From Candidatus Poribacteria bacterium (GTDB lineage Bacteria > Poribacteria > WGA-4E > PCPOR2b): 64,000 bases of DNA. The stretch covers positions 2,688,001 through 2,752,000 of the forward strand of contig OZ240245.1 in assembly GCA_965198175.1 (NCBI GenBank), in the 5' to 3' direction. Below, piece by piece: positions 45,068 to 54,959 of the stretch (the first letter of the stretch is position 1; every line of letters starts with the position of its first letter). Position numbers and translations under genes: made by a program. The notes below the pieces were generated by a model, which worked only from the letters and a program-made list of their open reading frames with translations, was not told where the DNA came from and searched no databases.

Positions 45068-45365
45068 CGTAATAATCGGAAATTGCGGCATCTAAAAACG
45101 GTGTCCCATGCTTAGCCTCAATTGCTTCTGCAATGACGTTGTTCCAAATGGATATGTTTGTGGCAGGTTAAGCAGTTTATTCGACAACTACAGCTCAATA
45201 TCTTGACTGATATAATCGTTGTTGACATCGATTCTGACAAGCTGCACCCTACTTTAGTCGAGAAAATAAGCGATGGCAATTCACTACCACTTTACCGTTT
45301 CTTGCAAGAGAGTTACAGAAACGAAATGGATCTTCAAGATACAATCTACCAGAGGGGAAATCCCC

Positions 45366-46052
45366 ATGTCGATTGTTGAACCGATGTCAAAAGTCGATGG
45401 TGTTTTGGCGACGGATCCAATTGTACGGGAGATTGCTGGTCCGCATGACATAATAAGTTATCTACGTCAATTGAACCGCAGGAAAACCGGTCAATCCACA
45501 GGAAATAACGATACTGTAATATGGAATATCAGCAGCCGGCTTCTTCAACTACAGATTGAACAACAGCTTAGAGTGAGTATTACCTACTTTGAAGATAAAG
45601 AATTGCGGTCGGGTGCTTATGAAATCCGATCACAAGGTGTTTTTCCGCGGGTTTTCCCCAACCAGAGCCTAACCCCTCAATCTTCCTCTGAATTCATTTC
45701 TCTGTCAACTCGCCCGCCTGCACGGCATAACGAAGACACCACAATTACACCGGGCCCTAAAACGAGATCACAGCTTGCCGGAAGGGAGCTTGATGTAGTA
45801 AAATCGAGCACTTCGACAGTTGACCCAAGCACCCAAGCGCCAAGCAGTCAACTACCGCAGGAACTCGCCAGTACAGTCGCTAACTTGGTTACCTATGTTG
45901 AGCAACTGCAGCAAGAACTCCTGGCAACAAAGAGCACTTTGCAAGACCATGAAGCGCTTTTCAAGACAATGGACGAGCGAATCAGGCGCTTAGAATTGGA
46001 AAATCGTCAGTTGCATGAAATTTCAGAGCGCCAAGACACTACTTCCATATAG
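45366..46052 (+). CDS. Hypothetical protein with C-terminal coiled coil
   Basis: Open frame with RBS GAGGGG, a Ser/Thr/Pro linker and a heptad C-terminus. Confidence 0.65.
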   Translation: MSIVEPMSKVDGVLATDPIVREIAGPHDIISYLRQLNRRKTGQSTGNNDTVIWNISSRLLQLQIEQQLRVSITYFEDKELRSGAYEIRSQGVFPRVFPNQSLTPQSSSEFISLSTRPPARHNEDTTITPGPKTRSQLAGRELDVVKSSTSTVDPSTQAPSSQLPQELASTVANLVTYVEQLQQELLATKSTLQDHEALFKTMDERIRRLELENRQLHEISERQDTTSI

Positions 46053-46266
46053 AAGCTTGACCGGTCCGACGATATGGATAAAGATTTAGTCGACGCTGAG
46101 TCTCAATTCTGTTTGAGTTAATTGCTAAGTCACGGTCAAGGTTGTAGCCTTTAGGGGAATCATTCAGAAATCACCTTCCATAATCCCTCGACAAGTTAAC
46201 GTACCATTTTCAGGTTGAAAGCCAGGTACACCAACCCCTGAACGATTTTCAAAGTGACAAAGGATA

Positions 46267-46629
46267 ATGCGCGAATCAGTCGTTTGGATATCTATACTGA
46301 TTGTAATTGGTTTACTTGGGATAATCGCGGTAGCATTTGTGAACATGTCGCACACAACTCCAATGACTTTCACATCGGATAAGGGATACAACTTCATTGA
46401 TGTTTCCAACTATCCACCGAGGATGCAGGAATACTACAAGATTTTCGCGCAGAAATGTAGCCGATGCCATACGCTTGCTCGCCCAATCAATTCAAAATTT
46501 GTCCGGGAAGCGTGGAGGAAATATGTCCACAGAATGATGAGAAAACCCGGATCGGGATTAACACCGAAAACCGCAGAACAGATTATCGAATTTCTGATGT
46601 ACGATACTCAAGTAAGAGAAAAAGGATAA
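46267..46629 (+). CDS. Membrane-anchored monoheme cytochrome c
   Basis: N-terminal TM, CSRCH heme motif and a distal W..YV.RM. Confidence 0.85.
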   Translation: MRESVVWISILIVIGLLGIIAVAFVNMSHTTPMTFTSDKGYNFIDVSNYPPRMQEYYKIFAQKCSRCHTLARPINSKFVREAWRKYVHRMMRKPGSGLTPKTAEQIIEFLMYDTQVREKG

Positions 46630-46795
46630 TCTAATCGACTTTCTTGTCAACATTGCTGTTGTGCGCGATAGATCCCCCGTGGGAGTTTTGTTCATTTCTC
46701 TCATGGGGAATTTTTTTTGACCGTATTTTACTGTAATGTTATACTCTACACGATTAGACAATTCAACCCTAAACCACAATAAGGAGGAATTAACA

Positions 46796-47664
46796 ATGTT
46801 ACGCTTGAAAGCAACATTGATAGCAATTCTGGTTGTGTTCAGTTTGGGAGTTTCAGATGTAAAAGCACATCGTGGTACAAACGGGCGTGTTGATGCGCAA
46901 GCATCAGTAGAAACACGCGACACAGGTGGTACCGCAAAAGAAATTAGAGCTAGTGCTTATGTTCGAGGAACTACAGGGGAGCATCCGGGGACAACAAATC
47001 AGCATCCCCACAAGCGTGATCTCTATCTGCATATTTACCTCCATAGGAGAGGGCATCACCCAGATGAAGATCCTGAGGGGGTATTTGCATATAGACTTAA
47101 ATTTGGCGAATCACTATTTGGCGAAGCAGTATTAACACGTGCTCCTCTAGTTGATGGTAGGACAGTTCTCAACGAATGCTGGATAGGATTGGCTAGTTCT
47201 TACGGGGCAATATGGACAGTAGACCCCAATGATCCAAACAATGAACAACTGGATCGTTTTACTGGCAATGCCTATACTGGTGCGTTAGAATTTTGTCACT
47301 TTGCCAATGCGTTTGCAAGTGCAGATTCAGACCCTCTAATACCAACCATCGACCAAGAGCAACTAGCTCATGATTTGTCTAATGAGATTGACTTGGCAGA
47401 TGACGCAACGGTGCTATTTATCTCAACGGACGTATTCAGACTATCGACCACGATCCCGATACCGTTTACGTTGCTGAGTTAGATAATGGTGTAACCTATA
47501 CTTTAGGTAATGCTGACTCAATTGATGCCTATCACGAAAATAGAGAAGTATCAAGTATAGTCCAGCTAGACCCATTTGATGGTGTAGCCATCGCAGGTGC
47601 ACCAGCTAGACCTAGTCCACGTAGATTAGTAACTACAACTTGGACTAAGATGAAACAGCAGTAA
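46796..47664 (+). pseudogene. Secreted protein with Poribacteria-type C-terminal motif, frameshifted near 47405
   Basis: RBS AAGGAGG and a signal peptide. The second frame reads NGAIYLNG...AGAPARPSPRRLVTTTWTKMKQQ*. Confidence 0.7.
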
Positions 47665-47671
47665 GCAAAAT

Positions 47672-47705
47672 AAGGCGAAGGTCATCTAGATGGCTTTCGC
47701 CTTTT
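47672..47705 (+). terminator. Intrinsic terminator-like hairpin
   Basis: AAGGCGAAGGTCATC-TA-GATGGCTTTCGCCTTTT. Confidence 0.75.
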
Positions 47706-47721
47706 ATATAGGAGGTAAACA

Positions 47722-48096
47722 ATGAGATATTTATTGATTATCGCAATAATCCTTTGCTTAGGTTGCGCCGATGATCCCCAAGAACAAACCAAGCTAACGT
47801 TTGATACTTGTCCAATTCCTAATTTTGATATAGACTGGGAAGGTAAAGGTATCTTCAATTACCAAGCCCCACACAGAGGCGAACTCTTGCTCTCAAATGG
47901 TGTTATTGGTGTGTTGCTTTTGAGTGGTGCAGCCGAAGGGAATTATGATTTATTGGTAGGTGGTAGAGTAACCAGCCCAACAAGTATAGAAGTTAGCCAC
48001 GTTGCCATTAACAGTATCGTTGATGGAAACATTACTCTTGAAGAGGTAGAGCGAGAGGAATCAGGAATTTCAAAACTTTTTTTTGATAAACGATAA
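47722..48096 (+). CDS. Hypothetical lipoprotein, possibly truncated
   Basis: RBS GGAGGT and lipobox CLGC; ends just after a T8 run. Confidence 0.7.
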   Translation: MRYLLIIAIILCLGCADDPQEQTKLTFDTCPIPNFDIDWEGKGIFNYQAPHRGELLLSNGVIGVLLLSGAAEGNYDLLVGGRVTSPTSIEVSHVAINSIVDGNITLEEVEREESGISKLFFDKR

Positions 48097-48318
48097 TGCA
48101 ACTTTGCAGTATCAGTTAATTATATCAGATAGTATTTCCGCTAGATCAGGTTGTGAGGAAAATCAAGAGCATTTAGCTCCTGAACTTGTAGCGAGAATAT
48201 TACCTTTAGCAAAAAATATGATTTCTATAATAGAACAACAGTAAATTAGAAGCACTTCAACCGCCTTTAGACTTGCGCGAAAAAATTAACATGTAGTATC
48301 ATTTTAATGTTCTTACGT

Positions 48319-48498
48319 CTAATAATCAACTCGCACCGTTTGAAAAAGAGGTCTCGTTTGGACTTCTATTCCGCGACGTTGCAATTCCTTGATTAAAAGA
48401 TGCGTAGGAATATCTTTGAGTAGTGATTCAGAACTCTTGGTTTCAATTCTAGGTTTGGGTGTAGCCCTACCTTGTATTGACTCCTGTTTTCTATTCAT
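48319..48498 (-). CDS. Small 59-aa hypothetical protein (below the ORF track cutoff)
   Basis: MNRKQESIQG...LLIKELQRRGIEVQ...VDY*, with RBS GGGAGAG, an upstream hairpin and a TTGACT...TATCAT promoter-like sequence. Confidence 0.55.
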   Translation of the reverse strand: MNRKQESIQGRATPKPRIETKSSESLLKDIPTHLLIKELQRRGIEVQTRPLFQTVRVDY

Positions 48499-48653
48499 TT
48501 TAACTCTCCCAAGTTTGCTCTTAGATTTTGGCGGAGGCTGATAACTCCGCCATTTTCACATCAACAAGATGATAACATATTCAATCTGCGCAAGTCAAAT
48601 TACTAGGAATAATCTTTTGCATCTTTTGGCTTCTATTAGTTGGCAAAATACTA

Positions 48654-49472
48654 GGTTCTGTTGACATTTCAACGGAGCCAGATAAGAGTAGAGACAAAAC
48701 TCAGAAATCCAAAATAACGGGCAGCTAGTTTCTCGAAACGAGAGAAGATACGACGATACCATTTTATCTTGTTGATGAAACATTCAACCAGATGTCTCTC
48801 TTTGTATAAATGTTTGTCATATGTTCTTTGAGCGCCACGATTACGTCGAGGCGGTATCACCGCCGTCGCTCCATTCGCTTCAATAACGTCGATAAAACTG
48901 TCCGAATCGTATCCCTTGTCTCCAATTACATGCTCGCTGTTATAGCCAACTATCAACGCTTCGGCTTCAGCTATGTCGTGTCTCTGACCGGGAGTTAGCT
49001 GGAGTCTAAGCGGATTACCTAGTGCGTCAACTGTGATATGAATTTTGTACTAAAGCCGCCCCGAGAGCGTCCTAGCGCTTGGTTTTCAGTACCTCCGTTT
49101 TTTTTGAGGCGCCAGCCGCACATGGGTGATCCCGGCAAATGGTAGTGTCAATAATAAGCCACTCCATATCTGGGTCGGAGGCGAAGTAGCGGTGCATGTG
49201 TGCGAAGATTCCATTGTCACACCAGCAGCCAAACCGCTTATAGATGGAGTTCCAATTTCCATAGGCAGTAGGCAAGAGTCGCCATTGAGCACCGCTACGA
49301 GTCACCCACAGGAGGGCTTCGACGAATCGTGGGGTTCCAGCTTCGTTGCGGACATAGATGTTGGAACAGCTTAGAAGAAACTGGTATATCTTTCTCCATC
49401 GGTCATCACGTAAGGTTATTGGCATCATTCTTCTATTATGCCACAACCTTATAACCAAATGTCAACAGAACC
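48654..49472 (-). mobile_element. IS5-family insertion sequence (IS427-like), 819 bp
   Basis: Perfect 16-bp TIRs GGTTCTGTTGACATTT (48654-48669 and 49457-49472), flanked by a TA duplication. Confidence 0.92.
48669..49428 (-). pseudogene. IS5 transposase orfA/orfB
   Basis: GAQWRLLP..YG.W, IDTT, A8 slippery site at 49098-49105, LGRSRGGFSTK, GDKGYDSD and YKERHLVECF. An extra 1-nt loss lies near 49044. Confidence 0.88.
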
Positions 49473-49495
49473 TAACCATTCTGTTAATACTTATC

Positions 49496-50338
49496 CTAAA
49501 ATATACCCTCCATAAAATCTAAGAACACATCATTACTTTTCCGATGGTTATATTTCCAGCAGGATTCGGCAATATAGAGAGGTAGATATTTCTCGGAGTA
49601 ATGATGATGTGTACCATACCAAGCCCGCTTTACCAGAGACCAGAATCCTTCAATCGTGTTGGTATGCACATCACCGTCAACATATCTTTCCTTATGCTTA
49701 ATCACTTTTCGTTTAACGAATTTGTCTAGAACATTACAAGCCCCATATTCATCAGTCATTAACAAGGTTTTGCCATAGTCAACAGCATTCTTTAGGAATT
49801 TTCCAATTCCCCGCCCGCTTAAATCTCGCTGAAATTTGGCGATTACGTTCCCGCCACGTTCTACCACACCAATCACAGGTGATTTCTTTGTACCTCTACC
49901 TCTCAAATTTTTGCCCTTATTAGTTCGTGGACGCCCGCCGATGTAGACTTCATCAACTTCGACGATGCCTTTAAGTAGAGGTTTATCTTCATTCATCATT
50001 TCCCGCCTTATGCGTTGTAGCATATACCAAGCAGACTTTTGTTTAATATCAATTTCTCTAGCCAATTCGTAACTAGAAATCCCTTTCTTGGCGTTCATTA
50101 TCATAGAAATAGCAACAAACCATTCTTGTAATGGGATTTTTGTGTGACTAAATAGAGAATTTGATATAACAGTAAAGGCAGATTTGCAGTCTAGACAACC
50201 CCAACGTGTTAGCCTTTTCTTTACACGCACACTTCCACAGTGGGGACAATAAGCACCATTCTTGAAACGGATTTCCTCTAGAAAATCAAGACAAGACTTC
50301 TTATCTGGGAATTGCTTGATCATATTGAATATGTTCAT
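49496..50338 (-). CDS. IS1595-family transposase, intact
   Basis: CPHC..CLDC, EVDEVYIGG, MTDEY and HTNTIEGFWSLVKR motifs. Confidence 0.95.
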   Translation of the reverse strand: MNIFNMIKQFPDKKSCLDFLEEIRFKNGAYCPHCGSVRVKKRLTRWGCLDCKSAFTVISNSLFSHTKIPLQEWFVAISMIMNAKKGISSYELAREIDIKQKSAWYMLQRIRREMMNEDKPLLKGIVEVDEVYIGGRPRTNKGKNLRGRGTKKSPVIGVVERGGNVIAKFQRDLSGRGIGKFLKNAVDYGKTLLMTDEYGACNVLDKFVKRKVIKHKERYVDGDVHTNTIEGFWSLVKRAWYGTHHHYSEKYLPLYIAESCWKYNHRKSNDVFLDFMEGIF

Positions 50339-50432
50339 TTTTTACCTTCCACCGTTAAAATTAAGAGAGTATAATAATTTCTGTTGTAAAAAAAGGCGAA
50401 GCTATCGGCTTCGCCAGAAAGGACATGGTAAG

Positions 50433-50582
50433 ATGAATTTATTCGATTTTCTAGTCATTGCACTAGAAAACGACTATATCCAACTATCTATCTGGATGAT
50501 AGCTTGCGCTATTACATTCAGCATACCACGTAACTTTCAGCAAATTCTAGATATTGTAGAACTTGCTTTACAACGAAAATAA
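50433..50582 (+). CDS. Small hydrophobic 49-aa protein
   Basis: Hairpin and AAAGGA upstream, single-TM character, and a hairpin (AATAGTTG...CAACTATT) right after the stop. Confidence 0.45.
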   Translation: MNLFDFLVIALENDYIQLSIWMIACAITFSIPRNFQQILDIVELALQRK

Positions 50583-50846
50583 AATAGTTGTCCCATGAAA
50601 TCTTATATGTTATCATAAGGCAACTATTCGAATAGTAGTGATGAAGGAAATAGCTGGGCAACCACACACCTCCTTCACCCACCATTTAGGGTTGGGGAAA
50701 AATCACTTTCCCTTAACCCTATTTATTTATACGTACCAAGTGATGATCCAATTATAATCTAAAAGTCAAGAGGGTATTATTACGCAGAATAATGATTATA
50801 ATCACAATTTGTGTGCACCTTCGATACACCCATCATCCATCGTGTT

Positions 50847-52739
50847 TTACCGCACCCGTGTACCCGGGCGCATCGTCTTTTCAAACGTCGCTAGGGCGAG
50901 GTCTTTCCCATCTGCGGCTGCAAGTAGCATCCCTTGTGATTTGATTCCGCGAATGGTAGCGGGTTCTAGGTTTGCAACGAGTATCACCTGTTTCCCGATG
51001 AGATCGTCTGGCATGTAGTTTTCAGCGATGCCGGCAACGATTTGTCGTTGCTCACCGCCGAGATTGACTTGCAGTTTTAGTAGCCGGTCCGCATTGGGAA
51101 TAGGCTCCGCAGCAATAACCTCGGCAACGCGCATATCCAGCGACTGGAATTGTTTAAACGAGATAAGGTCAGATTCTTCAGTCCCATCCACACTGTCTCT
51201 TTGCGCCCGTCTCGTATCCTTTCGCGGGAAAATTGGCTCAGGTTTCCTAATTGAAACACCCGATGGTAACCCTCCCCACTGCGCGACCGTATCTAACCCT
51301 TGCGCGTTGAAACTCTCATCAAGTCCCATCTGCTGGCGGATGCGATTGGCGGTGTCGGGCATGAAAGGTGAAATCAGAACGGCTACCGTTCTCAGGGCTT
51401 CCAAACTGTTATAGAGGATAGTTCCCATCCGTTCCTTTTTTTCCTCCGATTTCGCCAGTGTCCAGACCTGAGTCTGCTGAACATAGCGATTAACACGCCG
51501 TACAAACTCCCAAATCGCTTCCAACGCAGTATCAAAAGCACGTCGGCTCATAAGAGAATCTACTTTATTGATTGTTTCCATCGCTATCTGCTTGACTTCA
51601 TTGTCAAATTCACCGGGCGTCGTAGGGCTCGGAATGACACCGAAGTGCTTCGAGACGAGTCCCAGTGTACGGTTGAGTAGGTTCCCAAGGTCGTTTGCCA
51701 GATCTGCGTTGTACCGCAACAGAAAGCGATCCTGTCGAAAGTCCCCGTCATTACCGAAGCTGAATTCGCGCATCATATAGTAGCGAAATGCTTCCAACCC
51801 GAACTCGTCAATCAGGGCATCCATGTCAATAATATTGCCTGTTGTTTTGCTGATCCGATCTCCGTCCTTCGTCAACCAACCGTGTCCGAATACCTGCTTT
51901 GGCAGCGGCAAGTGGACGGACATTAACATAGCAGGCCAGATAATTGCGTGAAAGCGCGTAATCTCTTTCCCCATCAGGTGTATATCCGCAGGCCAATACG
52001 TGCGGAATTTTTCGCCAGTCTCGTCGAAGTCGAGCGCTGTGACATAGTTACACAATGCCTCAATCCAAACATAGATATTATGGGTAGGGTCAAATGGCAA
52101 AGGAATACCCCAAGATACGGAAGCACGCGAGATGCTAACATCTTTTAGCCCCGATTCGATTACACTGAGAATTTCATTACGACGGCTCTCTGGTTGAATA
52201 AACCCTGGATTGGCGCGTAAATGTTCAAGCAGCCGATTCTCATATTTCGACAGCGCAAAAAAGTAGTTTTCTTCTTCAACCCATTCCACGGGCAAATGGT
52301 GTACCGGACAGATCTTTTCTTCGCCCAGTTCTTTCTCCGTGTAGAAACTTTCGCACGGGCGACAGTAATATCCTTCATACTTGTCTTTATAAACATCTCC
52401 AGATTCATGAAGGCTGTTGAGGAACTTTGCCACGCCGCGTTTGTGCAATTCACTGGTTGTCCGGAGAAAAATATCGTATGAAATATTCAACTTCTTCCAA
52501 AGATTCGTAAACGTCGGTGCCATCTGATCGCAATATTGCTGTGGGGATACTCCCTTTTCAGCGGAAATTTTTTCGATATTTGCGCCGTGTTCATCCACGC
52601 CCGTTATAAAGAAAACATCATCGCCTTTGAGGCTATGATACCTTGCCAGCGCATCAGCAGCGATGCTTGTGTAAGCATGACCGACATGCGGCTCCGCATT
52701 AACGTAGTAAATCGGTGTTGTGATATAGAATTTACCCAT
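50847..52739 (-). CDS. metG: Methionine-tRNA ligase with C-terminal tRNA-binding domain
   Basis: FYITTPIYY, HVGH, ISKT, LANDLGNL and a C-terminal OB fold (LEPATIRG..SQGM). Confidence 0.97.
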   Translation of the reverse strand: MGKFYITTPIYYVNAEPHVGHAYTSIAADALARYHSLKGDDVFFITGVDEHGANIEKISAEKGVSPQQYCDQMAPTFTNLWKKLNISYDIFLRTTSELHKRGVAKFLNSLHESGDVYKDKYEGYYCRPCESFYTEKELGEEKICPVHHLPVEWVEEENYFFALSKYENRLLEHLRANPGFIQPESRRNEILSVIESGLKDVSISRASVSWGIPLPFDPTHNIYVWIEALCNYVTALDFDETGEKFRTYWPADIHLMGKEITRFHAIIWPAMLMSVHLPLPKQVFGHGWLTKDGDRISKTTGNIIDMDALIDEFGLEAFRYYMMREFSFGNDGDFRQDRFLLRYNADLANDLGNLLNRTLGLVSKHFGVIPSPTTPGEFDNEVKQIAMETINKVDSLMSRRAFDTALEAIWEFVRRVNRYVQQTQVWTLAKSEEKKERMGTILYNSLEALRTVAVLISPFMPDTANRIRQQMGLDESFNAQGLDTVAQWGGLPSGVSIRKPEPIFPRKDTRRAQRDSVDGTEESDLISFKQFQSLDMRVAEVIAAEPIPNADRLLKLQVNLGGEQRQIVAGIAENYMPDDLIGKQVILVANLEPATIRGIKSQGMLLAAADGKDLALATFEKTMRPGTRVR

Positions 52740-52761
52740 GAATCTGTGTCCCCCTTCGATT

Positions 52762-52800
52762 AAAATAAAAAAGCCCATTATCACCGTGGTGATAATAGGC
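52762..52800 (-). terminator. Intrinsic terminator immediately upstream of the metG RBS
   Basis: GCCTATTATCAC-cacg-GTGATAATGGGC followed by TTTTTTATTTT on the minus strand. Confidence 0.85.
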
Positions 52801-52992
52801 AAGCTTGCAAGGATATGTCGCAACCAGTCTCAATTCAGATGTGACAGACCTATTTTCACCTTATTAGTTGAACGCATGGACATAGCTATATTGGTGAGAA
52901 AGGCGAAGCAGGTGATTTGGAGGAGGAGGAATTGAGATTGCGTCATTGTTCTATTTGCCAAGATGTATCTTTTAATATTGTCAGTCCATTTT

Positions 52993-53021
52993 ATTTTAGC
53001 ACAAGCCGCAATTATTATCAA
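52993..53021 (-). promoter_or_regulatory. Sigma70-type promoter of the metG leader
   Basis: TTGATA-N17-TAAAAT with TG extension. Confidence 0.65.
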
Positions 53022-53091
53022 GGAAAAATTGAAGGTTGAAGCAGTTTCACTGCTACTCCGCCTGACGTCACGGGGATTGTAGGATTTTCTG

Positions 53092-53120
53092 TTGACGGTT
53101 TTTTCGACTTCTGCTAAGCT
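53092..53120 (+). promoter_or_regulatory. Sigma70-type promoter of the amidase
   Basis: TTGACG-N17-TAAGCT with TG extension. Confidence 0.6.
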
Positions 53121-53253
53121 GTCAAAGAACTAGGCATGTGTCACACAGCAAGCAGCCTACTGTCAATTCTTTAAACATACAGAACGCAATGCTGCGAGAT
53201 TCCGGTCTCGAAACCCGTGCATTGACCAATCGTGAAGGTGAGAAGAAAACATC

Positions 53254-54672
53254 ATGTCCGGCCTAGATATCTGCTTTATGACAGCTGCTGAGTTAAGCCA
53301 CCGCATCCGCGCGAAAGAATTATCTGCTAGGGAAGTCATGCAGGCATTTTTAGCGCAAATTGAGCGTGTAAACCCAAAAGTGAACGCGATTGTTACGTTG
53401 CTGCCCGAACAAGCGATTGAACAAGCCACCACTGCTGATGAGGCACTAGCACGTGGCGAGGCAGTAGCAGCGTTGCATGGACTTCCGATAGCGCACAAAG
53501 ATCTGTTCCCAACCAGGGAAATCCGCACAACTTTCGGATCCCCCATATTCAAGGACTTTGTACCGGCTGAGGACGCACTCATTGTAGAGAGATTAAAGAA
53601 AGCCGGAGCAATCACAATTGGCAAAACAAATACACCCGAGTTCGGCGCCGGGGCACAGACCTATAACGAAGTGTTCGGAGAAACCCTCAATCCCTACGAC
53701 ACCTCGATGACCTGTGGTGGTAGCAGTGGCGGTGCAGCAGTAGCGTTAGCCTGCGGAATGCTGCCAATCGCCGATGGTAGTGACACGGGTGGATCGCTGC
53801 GTATTCCGGCGAACTTCTGCAATGTCGTGGGTTTTCGCACTTCTCCAGGCAGAGTGCCTATATGGCCGAACGTGGCGGCGTGGTCTCCAATTACAGTGCA
53901 GGGCCCAATGGCTAGAACAGTCCGAGATGCTGCACTCATATTGGGCGCTATCGCCGGGCCGGATCCACGTTCACCCATCGCCATCGCTGAACCCGGCAGT
54001 CAATTTTATCGCCCCTTGAATCGCGATTTTACAGGTGTACGCATCGCTTGGGGGCATAATCTAGGGGGACTGCCGGTGGATGCGCGCATAACTAACACAA
54101 TTGATAGCCAGCGGAGCGTGTTCGAGGACTTGGGCTGCGTGGTCGAAGATGGCGAACCGGATTTCGCAGGTGCAGATGAAGTCTTCAAGATATGGCGAGC
54201 GTGGCGCTTCGAGCTTGCTTATAGCGACTTACTGAAAACACACCGTGACCAAGTGAAGGACACTGTAATCTGGAATATTGAAGAAGGAATGAAGCTGAGC
54301 GGACCTCAGATTGGACGGGCTGAACTTAAACGAACTGAAATTTACCACCGTGTGCGAAAATTTATGGAGACCTACGAGTTCCTAATCCTCCCCGTAAACC
54401 AGGTACCGCCCTTCGACGTAACGCAGCGTTATGTAACAGAGATTGCCGGTGTAAAAATGGAGACCTATATTGACTGGATGAAATCTTGCTATTACGTGAC
54501 AGTTACCGGTCTCCCCGCAATCTCAGTTCCATGTGGTTTCACACACGAAGGTCTGCCTGTAGGCGTCCAGATTGTGGGGCGCCACCAAGATGACTTCGGT
54601 GTATTGCAACTGGCTTACGCCTTTGAACAAGCGACAGAGTCTTGGAAAAATAGCCCCCCGGTAGCTAAATAG
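53254..54672 (+). CDS. Amidase signature family protein
   Basis: KD, GKTNTPEFG, GGSSGG and GSDTGGSLRIPA motifs. Confidence 0.93.
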   Translation: MSGLDICFMTAAELSHRIRAKELSAREVMQAFLAQIERVNPKVNAIVTLLPEQAIEQATTADEALARGEAVAALHGLPIAHKDLFPTREIRTTFGSPIFKDFVPAEDALIVERLKKAGAITIGKTNTPEFGAGAQTYNEVFGETLNPYDTSMTCGGSSGGAAVALACGMLPIADGSDTGGSLRIPANFCNVVGFRTSPGRVPIWPNVAAWSPITVQGPMARTVRDAALILGAIAGPDPRSPIAIAEPGSQFYRPLNRDFTGVRIAWGHNLGGLPVDARITNTIDSQRSVFEDLGCVVEDGEPDFAGADEVFKIWRAWRFELAYSDLLKTHRDQVKDTVIWNIEEGMKLSGPQIGRAELKRTEIYHRVRKFMETYEFLILPVNQVPPFDVTQRYVTEIAGVKMETYIDWMKSCYYVTVTGLPAISVPCGFTHEGLPVGVQIVGRHQDDFGVLQLAYAFEQATESWKNSPPVAK

Positions 54673-54959
54673 TTTCATTCACCACCGGACACTTAAACAC
54701 CGGTCGGTCAAGGGATTTGACTTTGGATAGAATAGGCATTAGGTTGAAGAAAGCGCGAAGACAAGAACACATGAACTGAGACACCCGCGCATATGGTACG
54801 GGGGTGAAATTAAAGCCGTAGTCTGCGTCCTTCTTGAATTTAACATCTTTCGTCTATGAATGCCTGCTTGACGACGGCACGAAGCCTTTGAAGGGCTAGC
54901 GGTGTATTTCGTTATCATCTATTTCTCTGGTAACAGGGTTTTGATACGAATCACTTGGC

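Larger units (their letters stand above)
46724..50791 (-). mobile_element. Putative IS1595 transporter element with cargo and nested IS5 (ends tentative)
   Basis: AT-rich block containing the transposase. Imperfect inverted ends at 46724-46747 and 50769-50791 match about 17/24 with one gap; no TSD was found. Confidence 0.4.
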
